From positions 64,001 through 128,000 of the forward strand of contig JAVJQW010000011.1 of NCBI GenBank assembly GCA_040218735.1: a DNA stretch of 64,000 bases. Direction: 5' to 3'. Below, in pieces: positions 50,593 to 59,076 of this stretch. Below the pieces are notes generated by a model. It did no database searches and was not told the DNA's origin. It saw nothing but the letters and a program-made list of their open reading frames with translations. The position numbers and the translations under genes are program-made. Every line of letters begins with the position of its first letter. Position 1 is the first letter of the stretch. The stretch comes from Deltaproteobacteria bacterium (GTDB lineage: Bacteria; Myxococcota; Kuafuiibacteriia; Kuafuiibacteriales; Kuafuiibacteriaceae).

Positions 50593-52449
50593 ATGCGAAG
50601 AATTCGGACCGTTGCCCCGCTCCTCCTGATCACCGCCTGTGCGTCGCAGGACGCCGCCCCGCCGCCGCCCGCTGCGGCGCCGGCGACCGCCGCCAAGAAA
50701 GCCGAGGCGCCCAAGGCGCTGACCGCCGCGGACGCCGACGCGTTCGTCGCCGACGCCGAGAAGCAGCTCTTCGCGAGCTGGGAGTACGGCGCGCGCGTCG
50801 CGTGGATCAACTACACGTACATCAACGAGGACAGCGACTGGCTCTCCGCGAAGGCCGACGCCGAGTACACGAAGCTCGCCGTGAACCTCGCCAAGGAGGC
50901 CGCGAAGTTCAACGACGTGAAGACGTCGCCCGAGACCGCGCGCAAGCTGAAGATGCTCAAGCTCGCGCTCACCCTCCCCGCCCCCAGCCGCGACGGCGCG
51001 GCGGACGAGCTCGCGGAGATCACCACGCGCCTGAAGTCGACGTACGGCAAGGGCAAGGGGACCTTCAAGGGCAAAGTCACGCCCGGCAGCGAGCTCGAGG
51101 CGTTGATGCGCAGCCAGCGCGATCCGAAGCAGCTCCAGGAGATGTGGACGTCGTGGCGCAAGATCTCCCAGCCGATGCGCAAGGACTACGTCCGCATGGT
51201 CGAGATCGCGAACGAGGGTGCGAAGGAGCTCGGCTTCGACAACGTCGGCGCGATGTGGCGCTCGGGTTACGACATGTCGCCCGACGAGTTCTCGGCGCTC
51301 CTCGAGAAGCTCTGGACCCAGGTCAAACCGCTCTACGACGCCCTGCACTGCTACACCCGCGCGAAGCTCAACAAGAAGTACGGCGCGAAGGTCGTCCCGC
51401 TCGACAAACCCATCCGCGCGGATCTGCTCGGCAACATGTGGGCGCAGGAGTGGGGCAGCATCTACGACGACGTCGCGCCGAAGGGCGCCGGTGACATCGG
51501 CTTCGACCTCACCGCGCTCCTGAAGAAGAAGAAGTACGACCACCTGAAGATGGTGAAGACCGGCGAGGCGTTCTTCTCGTCGCTCGGCATGCCCGAGCTG
51601 CCCGAGACGTTCTGGAAGCGCTCGATGTTCCTCAAGCCGGCCGACCGCGAGGTCGTCTGTCACGCGTCCGCGTGGGACGTCGACAACAAGGACGACCTCC
51701 GCATCAAGATGTGCATCAAGGTCGACGCGTCCGACTTCCAGACCATCCACCACGAGCTCGGCCACAACTACTACCAGCGCGCGTACAACGAGCAGTCGCC
51801 GCTCTACCTCACCGGCGCGAACGACGGTTTCCACGAGGCCATCGGTGACATGATCGCGCTGTCGATCACGCCCGACTACCTCGTGAAGATCGGCCTCCTC
51901 GACAAGAAGAAGATCCCGCCCGCGAGCAAGGACATCGGCCTGCTCCTCCGCGAAGGCATGGACAAGGTCGCGTTCCTCCCGTTCGGCCTCATCGTCGACA
52001 AGTGGCGCTGGCGCGTGTTCTCCGGCGAGGTCGCCCCGGACAACTACAACGCCGCGTGGTGGGAGCTGCGCACGAAGTACCAGGGCATCCGCCCGCCGGT
52101 GGAGCGCAACGAGACCGACTTCGACCCGGGCGCGAAGTACCACATCCCCGGCAACACGCCGTACACGCGTTACTTCCTCGCGCGCATCCTCCAGTTCCAG
52201 TTCCACCAGGCCGCCTGCAAGATGGCCGGCTGGAAGGGCCCGCTGCACCGCTGCTCGATCTACGGGAACAAGGAGGTCGGCAAGAAGTTCGAAGCGATGA
52301 TGGCGATGGGCGCGAGCAAGCCCTGGCCGGACGCCCTCGAAGCCTTCACCGGCACCCGCGAGATGGACGGCACCGCGATGATCGCCTACTTCGAACCGCT
52401 CATGGGCTGGCTCGCCGAGCAGAACAAGGGCCAGCAGTGCGGCTGGTGA
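50593..52449 (+). CDS. M2-family (ACE-like peptidyl-dipeptidase) metallopeptidase lipoprotein
   Basis: Lipobox LITAC; LLGNMWAQEW, CHASAWD, HHELGH, GANDGFHEAIGD, DFDPGAKYHIP, PYTRYF. Confidence 0.95.
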   Translation: MRRIRTVAPLLLITACASQDAAPPPPAAAPATAAKKAEAPKALTAADADAFVADAEKQLFASWEYGARVAWINYTYINEDSDWLSAKADAEYTKLAVNLAKEAAKFNDVKTSPETARKLKMLKLALTLPAPSRDGAADELAEITTRLKSTYGKGKGTFKGKVTPGSELEALMRSQRDPKQLQEMWTSWRKISQPMRKDYVRMVEIANEGAKELGFDNVGAMWRSGYDMSPDEFSALLEKLWTQVKPLYDALHCYTRAKLNKKYGAKVVPLDKPIRADLLGNMWAQEWGSIYDDVAPKGAGDIGFDLTALLKKKKYDHLKMVKTGEAFFSSLGMPELPETFWKRSMFLKPADREVVCHASAWDVDNKDDLRIKMCIKVDASDFQTIHHELGHNYYQRAYNEQSPLYLTGANDGFHEAIGDMIALSITPDYLVKIGLLDKKKIPPASKDIGLLLREGMDKVAFLPFGLIVDKWRWRVFSGEVAPDNYNAAWWELRTKYQGIRPPVERNETDFDPGAKYHIPGNTPYTRYFLARILQFQFHQAACKMAGWKGPLHRCSIYGNKEVGKKFEAMMAMGASKPWPDALEAFTGTREMDGTAMIAYFEPLMGWLAEQNKGQQCGW

Positions 52450-52450
52450 G

Positions 52451-53971
52451 TTAGTACGAAGGCCTTCCGTCGATCGCGACCTCGACGAGGCCTCGCTCCA
52501 CCAGCGCCGAGAGCGCGAGCATGAGGCCTCGGCCGAGGTTCCGGTTCGGCCCCTGCATCGTGTCGGCGGCGTAGCCGTCGAAGACCTCCGACATCGTCCG
52601 ACCGTCGAGCTGCGCGAACAGCTTCGTCGGATCCAGCGCGGCCGGGATGTCCACGCGCTGCCCCGACGGCCCCACCAGCGCCGGGCGCTCCACCACGAAC
52701 ACCCCCTCCGCGGACGGGAGCGTCTTCAGCTTCAGCGTGTCGTTCTTCGTCAGGGACACACGCTGCCCGCCTTTGTGCTCCACGTCGTCGCGGAAACGGT
52801 CGCGTCGCTCGATCCCCGTCGCGGTGACGAGGTCGTCGATCTCCGCGGACAGCGCCATCTCCGTCCGCGTGCGCGCCGCCCAGAACGGCTCCGAGACGTA
52901 CGGCGACGTCCGGTAGAACGTCAGCGCGACGCTCGTGTAGTTCAGCACCGAACGCGACTGCATGTTGTCGTAGTAGTCGATCGCGATCGGCGTCGACTCC
53001 GGGCGCCTCAGGATCGTGTTCACCACCGCGCTCGCCGTGATGCCGGACTGGAGCGCCTTGAACACGCCGTGCGCCGTGAGCGGATCGATGAACGCCCCGG
53101 CGTCCCCCGCGAGCAGGAAGCGCTCCCCGACGTAACGCGCCGCGCGTGACCACGTCGCGTCGTGCGCCGAGAGCGCGCCGTCGAACTCGACCCCGTCGAC
53201 CAACGCGCCCACCAGCCGCGAGCCGCGGACCCGATCGAGGTACAGCTCCACCGGCAACGCGTCCTCGGACTTCACGGTGTTCGCGTCGACACCGAGCGTG
53301 ATGTTGCGGCGCCCGTCGGCGAGCCGCACCGACCACAGCCACCCCTCCGGCATAATCTCGAAGAGCGTGTCCTCGTCGTCGAACGCCTCGGGCGCCTTCG
53401 TACCGCGCCAGTACCCGGTGAGCGCGACCGTGCGCACCGTGTCGCGCTGCCTGAGGCCGAGCGCCTTCGCGACGACCGCCGCCGTGCCCGACGCATCGAC
53501 GACGAAGCGCGTCGTGATCGTCCCACGCTCCTCGCCGCGCCGGTAGGTCACGACGGTTCCGTCCTCGGACAGCGCTTCGAACGAAACCCCTTCGAAGACC
53601 TGCGCGCCCACCGCCTTCGACTGTTCGAGGAGCCGCCGATCGAAGTCGGCGCGGTCGACTTGGTACCCCATCATCCCTTGGGTCGGGTCGAACGGGTGCG
53701 TGAGGATCTCGTCCCCCGCGAACACCGTCGTCGCGCCCATCCGCGTGTAGCCGGCGCCGTCGATCGCGTCGCGCACGCCGAGGATGGAGAACAGCGGCGC
53801 GATCTTCGGCGGGAACGACTCCCCGATGTGCGGTCGCGGAAACGTCGCGCGGTCGAGGACCACGACGCGGTGCAGGAGACGCGCGAGCGCCGTCGCGACG
53901 CTGGAGCCGGCCGGCCCGCCGCCGATGACGACGACGTCCGCTTCTTCGGGGATGCTCACTGGACCCGACAC
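52451..53971 (-). CDS. FAD-dependent oxidoreductase of the halogenase/geranylgeranyl-reductase family with C-terminal winged-helix-like extension
   Basis: DVVVIGGGPAG, FPRPHIGES, YQVDRADFD, VVDASG, GWLWSV, AGDAGAFIDPL. Confidence 0.8.
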   Translation of the reverse strand: MSGPVSIPEEADVVVIGGGPAGSSVATALARLLHRVVVLDRATFPRPHIGESFPPKIAPLFSILGVRDAIDGAGYTRMGATTVFAGDEILTHPFDPTQGMMGYQVDRADFDRRLLEQSKAVGAQVFEGVSFEALSEDGTVVTYRRGEERGTITTRFVVDASGTAAVVAKALGLRQRDTVRTVALTGYWRGTKAPEAFDDEDTLFEIMPEGWLWSVRLADGRRNITLGVDANTVKSEDALPVELYLDRVRGSRLVGALVDGVEFDGALSAHDATWSRAARYVGERFLLAGDAGAFIDPLTAHGVFKALQSGITASAVVNTILRRPESTPIAIDYYDNMQSRSVLNYTSVALTFYRTSPYVSEPFWAARTRTEMALSAEIDDLVTATGIERRDRFRDDVEHKGGQRVSLTKNDTLKLKTLPSAEGVFVVERPALVGPSGQRVDIPAALDPTKLFAQLDGRTMSEVFDGYAADTMQGPNRNLGRGLMLALSALVERGLVEVAIDGRPSY

Positions 53972-54014
53972 ATCGCACGAAACGACGGCCGGAGTCCCGC
54001 GTGATGGGTGGGGG

Positions 54015-55679
54015 TCAGCTTCGTCGCCGCCGGACGAGGCGTCGACCGAGGAGGAACAGGCCGAGCGCGACCGCGGTTCCGAGCCCGCGGCGGTGGCGGT
54101 AACGCACGTGTGTGCAGCCGCCCGCGCCGCTGTCGTCGGAGCTCGCGACGAGCGCCTGGTTGTCCGTGACGATCCGCGGCGCGCCCTCCTGCCCGAGGAC
54201 TTCGACGCGCACCGCGAACGGGACGCCTTCGCGCTCGGCGACGGAGAACGTGAAGGTGTCCGGGTCCGAGAGGTAGACGCGACCGTCGTTCAGGATGAGC
54301 TCGTTCTCGGCGCCGTTGCAGTGGTTGATCTGCGTGGCGGTGTGAAGGTTCGCGACGTCGGGCAGGTCCGGGTTGAACGAAAATGCCGGGTCCTTCGTCA
54401 TCTCCTCCGGGTCGAGGAACGTGAGCATCCGCGTCACGTACGGGAAGTCGCCGAGGAAGCCGATCGACTCCTGCGTCGGCAGCACGATGCGCGTCCAGAT
54501 CTGCTCGGCGAGCTCGACGCTGTCGAACGCCACCGACACCCCACGGCGCGCCGCGAACTCCGCGTAGACCTGCCAGTACTGCTCCTCGAGCGTCGGCCCG
54601 AAGAACGCGCCTTGGTCGGTGAGCGGGTCGAGCTCGCTGTCGGGGATCCGCAAGAGCGGCTGCAGGATCCCGCGCAGCGCGAGCGCGGGGAAGCGGTTGA
54701 ACCGCATGTGGTCGACGAACGAGACGATGTCGGTCTGCTCCGCGAGCTGGTCCTGCGTACCGAAGCGCGACGCCAACCCGATCTGCGCCTGCGCCGGCTG
54801 GCTCGTCCCGGCGTACTCCGTCACGAACGCGTGGTGCCCGTCGGCCTCGTCGATCGCGCGGCTCACGACCTCGGCGTAGTTCGCCGCCTGGTTGCTCCAG
54901 TCGATGTACTCCTCGTTGATCTGCACGTGCTGATAGTTGTGTGGGATCGCGCGCGCGCTCCCGAGCACCCAGACCAGGACGCCCATGTCGGGCACCGCGC
55001 CCATCGAGGTCAGGACGATCGGGACCATCGGGAAGTCCGAGTCGTACTCGACGACGATCGGCTGCAGGTCACCGGTGGTGGCGTCGGCCTTCAGCTTCAG
55101 CGCGAGGAAGAACGCGTTCGGTCGAATATAAGGGTCGAAGGAGGCGTCGCTCGCGGACGGCACGAAGTAGCCGTTCTCGCGGAGCCAGTCGAACATCGGC
55201 TCCTTCGCGTCGGCGCGCACGACCGCGTACTCGTACGGGCCGGCGCTGGACTGCACGACGGCGACGCTCGACTGGCTTCCTCCGTTGCGCTCATCCGCCA
55301 CCGCGAAGGCCGCGTCCGCTCCGCCGCACCCGAAGCCACCGCCGGTGTCGCAGCCTTCACCGGCCTGGGGCTGGAGCAAGAACTGCGGCGCGGTCGTCGC
55401 TTCGAGGGCATCGAAGAGCGCCTCGCTCCCGAGCCGAAACTCGGGCACCGCAGGCATCGGGAGCATCCACGCGAAGTCGGACGCGTCCCCCTGATACTGA
55501 ATCTGGATATGGGCCGTGACCGTGCCGTCTTCGTATCCGAAGACGATCCGTTCACCGGCCTGCACGACCGGCTGCGCCGGCGTCGGTGCCGCGAAGCATC
55601 CGCAGGCCTCGGCGACCTGCGGCGTGAGCGCCGCGAACCCCAAGAGTGTCGTTCCCAACAGGCAGTGAGTCTTCCGCAT
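54015..55679 (-). CDS. DUF2330-domain protein with MYXO-CTERM-like C-terminal sorting signal
   Basis: AEACGCF, QAGERI, IQYQG..DFAW..P, WLRENGY, FVTEYAG; C-terminus GGC...hydrophobic...RRRR. Start at ATG 55679. Confidence 0.8.
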   Translation of the reverse strand: MRKTHCLLGTTLLGFAALTPQVAEACGCFAAPTPAQPVVQAGERIVFGYEDGTVTAHIQIQYQGDASDFAWMLPMPAVPEFRLGSEALFDALEATTAPQFLLQPQAGEGCDTGGGFGCGGADAAFAVADERNGGSQSSVAVVQSSAGPYEYAVVRADAKEPMFDWLRENGYFVPSASDASFDPYIRPNAFFLALKLKADATTGDLQPIVVEYDSDFPMVPIVLTSMGAVPDMGVLVWVLGSARAIPHNYQHVQINEEYIDWSNQAANYAEVVSRAIDEADGHHAFVTEYAGTSQPAQAQIGLASRFGTQDQLAEQTDIVSFVDHMRFNRFPALALRGILQPLLRIPDSELDPLTDQGAFFGPTLEEQYWQVYAEFAARRGVSVAFDSVELAEQIWTRIVLPTQESIGFLGDFPYVTRMLTFLDPEEMTKDPAFSFNPDLPDVANLHTATQINHCNGAENELILNDGRVYLSDPDTFTFSVAEREGVPFAVRVEVLGQEGAPRIVTDNQALVASSDDSGAGGCTHVRYRHRRGLGTAVALGLFLLGRRLVRRRRS

Positions 55680-55806
55680 GGTGCCGGTCCCCTTTCCAAG
55701 AACGATGCCGTAAGGCAGCGCACACGTTCCAGACCACGTCGCGCCCCGCGTGTCAGGGGTATGATCGAAATGTCGCCGAAGTCCGAGGCGCTGTAGACTC
55801 CCGGCC

Positions 55807-57042
55807 GTGCTGGCCCTCGCCGCCGCGCTCCTCCTCGTGGGCGCCCCCGACGATCCCACGCACCTGATCGCGGTGCAGGAGCGCGTCCCCTTCGCGTTCC
55901 TGCTCAACACCCCCACCGGCGGGACGGCGCGGACCAGCAGCTCGGAGATCATCCGGTTCGTGACTGACACGCTGCGTCGCGACACGTCGTTCGCGGTGCA
56001 GCTCGTCGACGGCGAGGTCGTGAAGACCTGTCAGGGCGAGCTGACCTGCCTCGTCCTCGCCTCGCGCCGCGACTACGAGCGGTCGGCGCTGCTGCGGCCC
56101 GACGGGAGCCCCCTCCCCTACCGCGAGCACGTGCGACGCCTCGCCGAACGGGAGGCGGACTACGCGCGCTACCTGTTGGTGCTCTCCAACGTCACGGTGC
56201 CGGATCGGCCGGACCGCGTGAGCGCGTCGCTGATCGACACCGACCTCGCGCTCGCCGTCTACCACGAGGCCGACCACAGCCGCCCCGAGTGGAAGGAGCG
56301 CGTCGAGACGCGGATCAGCACGGCGGCGATGCCCAAAGGCACGCTACGCGCCGAGGTCGACGGGAACGCCGACGCCGCGCAGTTCGTCGAGCGCCTCGTA
56401 CGGCAGGACTTCGCTTCGCTCTTCGAGGCGAGCGGGCACTGGCAGCCTTACGGCTCCGTTGATCTCGTCACGAACGCCGAAGGGCTGGAGATCCTCCTCG
56501 ACGGGCGCTCGGTCGGCTCGACCCAGGGGGCGCGCACGCGCCTGACGAAGCTCCTCCCCGGGACGCGCGCCATCTCGGTGCGTCACCCCGACTACACCAC
56601 CCTCGACACCTCCGTCACGGTACGCCGCGGCGAGAACGCGACGGTGCAGGTCGACCCCATCCCGATCCTCAGCGAAGCCGACGCGACGATTCGGCCGGTC
56701 GTCTTCTACTCCGGGATCGCCGTGGCTGCGGCCGGCGCCGGCCTGCTGGTGTTCGCCGCAGTTCGGCAGGACCGCTCCGTGCGCACGGTGTGCTTCGACG
56801 GCGAGTGCCAGTCCGGGCGGTTCCAGACGCTCGGCTACGACCCGAACGTCTCCATCGCGGACGCGGAGTCCGTGAACCCGAACGGCCTCTTGGTCGCGCC
56901 GCTCGGAGCGGCGCTCCTCACCGGGGGCGCGGCGTTCACGCTCGGCACGGGTCTCGTGGAGCGGGCATCGCCCTGGTGGAGCGTTCTCGTCGGCGTGGTG
57001 ACGGGCGGCGTCGTCTACGGGCTCGGCGCGCTGTTCCACTGA
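55807..57042 (+). CDS. PEGA-domain protein
   Basis: Signal peptide; EILLDGRSVG...LLPGTRAISVRHPDY; C-terminal hydrophobic segments. Confidence 0.7.
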   Translation: MLALAAALLLVGAPDDPTHLIAVQERVPFAFLLNTPTGGTARTSSSEIIRFVTDTLRRDTSFAVQLVDGEVVKTCQGELTCLVLASRRDYERSALLRPDGSPLPYREHVRRLAEREADYARYLLVLSNVTVPDRPDRVSASLIDTDLALAVYHEADHSRPEWKERVETRISTAAMPKGTLRAEVDGNADAAQFVERLVRQDFASLFEASGHWQPYGSVDLVTNAEGLEILLDGRSVGSTQGARTRLTKLLPGTRAISVRHPDYTTLDTSVTVRRGENATVQVDPIPILSEADATIRPVVFYSGIAVAAAGAGLLVFAAVRQDRSVRTVCFDGECQSGRFQTLGYDPNVSIADAESVNPNGLLVAPLGAALLTGGAAFTLGTGLVERASPWWSVLVGVVTGGVVYGLGALFH

Positions 57043-57059
57043 GTGGAATCGCGGCCGAT

Positions 57060-57218
57060 TCAGGCGGTCGCGAAGCGGTAGCCGCAGTGCACGCACACAT
57101 CGTCGTCGACGTCGCAGTACGCTCCGCACTCCGGGCACTGCTTCTTCGGGCGCTTGGATCGACGCCACGCGTACAGGCCCCCGAGGGCGACGGCGGCGAA
57201 CAGCACGGCGAGCTCCAC
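57060..57218 (-). CDS. Small membrane-anchored zinc-ribbon protein (52 aa, absent from the ORF track)
   Basis: Manual translation: MELAVLFAAVALGGLYAWRRSKRPKKQCPECGAYCDVDDDVCVHCGYRFATA*; TM helix then CxxC-x10-CxxC; fills the gap between two genes. Confidence 0.7.
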   Translation of the reverse strand: MELAVLFAAVALGGLYAWRRSKRPKKQCPECGAYCDVDDDVCVHCGYRFATA

Positions 57219-57294
57219 GGCTCAGCTGTGTAGAGCATCACACGCCGGTTTGTCACGGTGCTCCGAGGCCCAGAAGGTGGCATGGTGCCGCGCG

Positions 57295-58419
57295 ATGAGG
57301 TGGACGACCACGGCCGCACTGCTCTTCGCGGCGACGTTCCCGACCACGGCCCACGCGGCGAAGTTCACGACCGGGGATCTCGACCTCGTGCTCGGCGGCC
57401 ACGCGGAGGCGTTCTACAGCTACGTCTTCGCGAACCCGGCGAACGGCGTGAACAACGCGCGGATCTTCGACACCCGCCACAACACGTTTGCGCTGTCGTC
57501 CGCCGGGCTGTCCCTCGACGCCGACACCGAGTACGCGATGCTTCGCCTCGCGCTGTGGTTCGGGACGACGTCGGAGGCGATCTATTCGTCCGAGCCCCCC
57601 GCCACCACGCCGGGCACGGCGGGTGCGGGCGGCAAACAGCTGTGGCGGTTCATCCAGGAGGCGTACGCGCGCGGGAAGATCCCGGTCGGCTACGGCAACG
57701 TCCACATCGACGGCGGCATCTTCGTCTCGCCGATCGGACTCGAGAACGTGCTCGCGAAGGACAACTGGAACTACTCGAGCTCCAACCTGAACTTCATGCT
57801 GCCGTTCTATCACACGGGCCTGCGCGTGACGGTGCCCGTCGCCCGCACCTGGACGGTGACCGCGGGGATCTACAACGGCTGGTCGAACGTCATCGACAAC
57901 AACGCGGACAAGTCCTTCGCGCTGTCCTCCGCCGGGACGTTGGGGCGCCTCGACTGGGGCGCGACGTACTGGCTCGGCAACGAGCGCGCGGCCGGTAGCC
58001 CCGAGGGGAGCCCGTGGCTTCAGCACTTCGACGCGTGGGGCAAGGCGCGCCTGTTCGACTGGTTCTGGGCGGGGGTGCAGGCGGACTTCGGCTTCGAGTC
58101 GAACCGCATCGACAGCAGCGTCTGGTACGGCGGCGCGCTCTACGGCCGCTTCCGCATCGGGCCGCCGCTTCACCTCACCCTTCGCGTCGACTACTTCTCG
58201 GACCGCCCCGGCGACGGCGTGAGCCCGCTGTTCTTCGCCGCGACCTGGGTGAGCTCGCAGACCGCGACGCTCGAGCTGTCCCCGAACGAGTTCTTCGCGA
58301 TCCGCCTGGAGTACCGCCACGACGAAGCCGGCGGCCCGCTGTACTTCGACGCGGACCCCACCGCGGTGACCGCGGACCACCAGAACGTCTTCACCATCGC
58401 GCTCCTCGCGCAGATGTGA
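57295..58419 (+). CDS. Putative outer-membrane beta-barrel porin (OmpL-like porin-2 / DUF1597-like)
   Basis: Signal peptide; QEAY, G.F.SPIG.E...KDNWNYS, PFYHTGLR, NGWS...DNN.DKS, RLEYRHD. Confidence 0.8.
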   Translation: MRWTTTAALLFAATFPTTAHAAKFTTGDLDLVLGGHAEAFYSYVFANPANGVNNARIFDTRHNTFALSSAGLSLDADTEYAMLRLALWFGTTSEAIYSSEPPATTPGTAGAGGKQLWRFIQEAYARGKIPVGYGNVHIDGGIFVSPIGLENVLAKDNWNYSSSNLNFMLPFYHTGLRVTVPVARTWTVTAGIYNGWSNVIDNNADKSFALSSAGTLGRLDWGATYWLGNERAAGSPEGSPWLQHFDAWGKARLFDWFWAGVQADFGFESNRIDSSVWYGGALYGRFRIGPPLHLTLRVDYFSDRPGDGVSPLFFAATWVSSQTATLELSPNEFFAIRLEYRHDEAGGPLYFDADPTAVTADHQNVFTIALLAQM

Positions 58420-58420
58420 T

Positions 58421-59035
58421 TCAGCCGTCGACCTCGTCGTCGTAGTCGGCCATCGCGGCTTGGATGACGCGAAACGCGTGTTGGCGATCGTAGGCTTTGG
58501 CGATCACCGCGGGGGCGTCGTGCCCCGGCACCATCTTGTAGGTCGAGAAGTAGTGCATCAGCCGTTCGACGAGCTTTGGAGGGAGCTGATCGAGGTCCTC
58601 GACCTGACCCCAGAAGAGATCGTTTTCGAGCACCGCGACGATCTTGTCGTCGGCCTCGCCGCCGTCAATCATCTGCAACCCTCCGACGACCCGTGCATTC
58701 AGTAGAATGTCGGCGCGGGTGATCGGACGCTCGCTCACGACGCAGATGTCGAGCGGGTCGTGGTCGCCGCGCTCCGCGTGCGGCTGTGCGATCTCGGCGA
58801 CGCGCCGGCCGCAGTACGTCCGCGGGATGAAGCCGTAGAGTGTGGGTGGCTGCGCCGAGCTGCGCTGCGGTCGGTCGACGCGGATGTACCCGGTGACCTT
58901 GTCGATCTCGTACTTCACGGCGTCGAGCGGCGTGATCTCGATGTAGGCCGTCACGACGTCGGGCGGCTTCGGGCCGACCTCGAGGCCGTGCCAAGGATGG
59001 GGGCGCCAGCGATAGGACGGAGGAGGGAAGCTCAC
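58421..59035 (-). CDS. ppa: Inorganic pyrophosphatase (family I)
   Basis: [45 protein letters not shown]. Start GTG 59035 is inferred. Confidence 0.92.
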   Translation of the reverse strand: MSFPPPSYRWRPHPWHGLEVGPKPPDVVTAYIEITPLDAVKYEIDKVTGYIRVDRPQRSSAQPPTLYGFIPRTYCGRRVAEIAQPHAERGDHDPLDICVVSERPITRADILLNARVVGGLQMIDGGEADDKIVAVLENDLFWGQVEDLDQLPPKLVERLMHYFSTYKMVPGHDAPAVIAKAYDRQHAFRVIQAAMADYDDEVDG

Positions 59036-59076
59036 GACGACATCCTCGCCGCGAGGCCCCTTCCACCGCAACGCCC

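Noticed and set aside
50593-52449. ACE-like M2 peptidase as a eukaryote-derived novelty
   Set aside because: Bacterial M2 peptidases are well known, and the codon usage here looks native.
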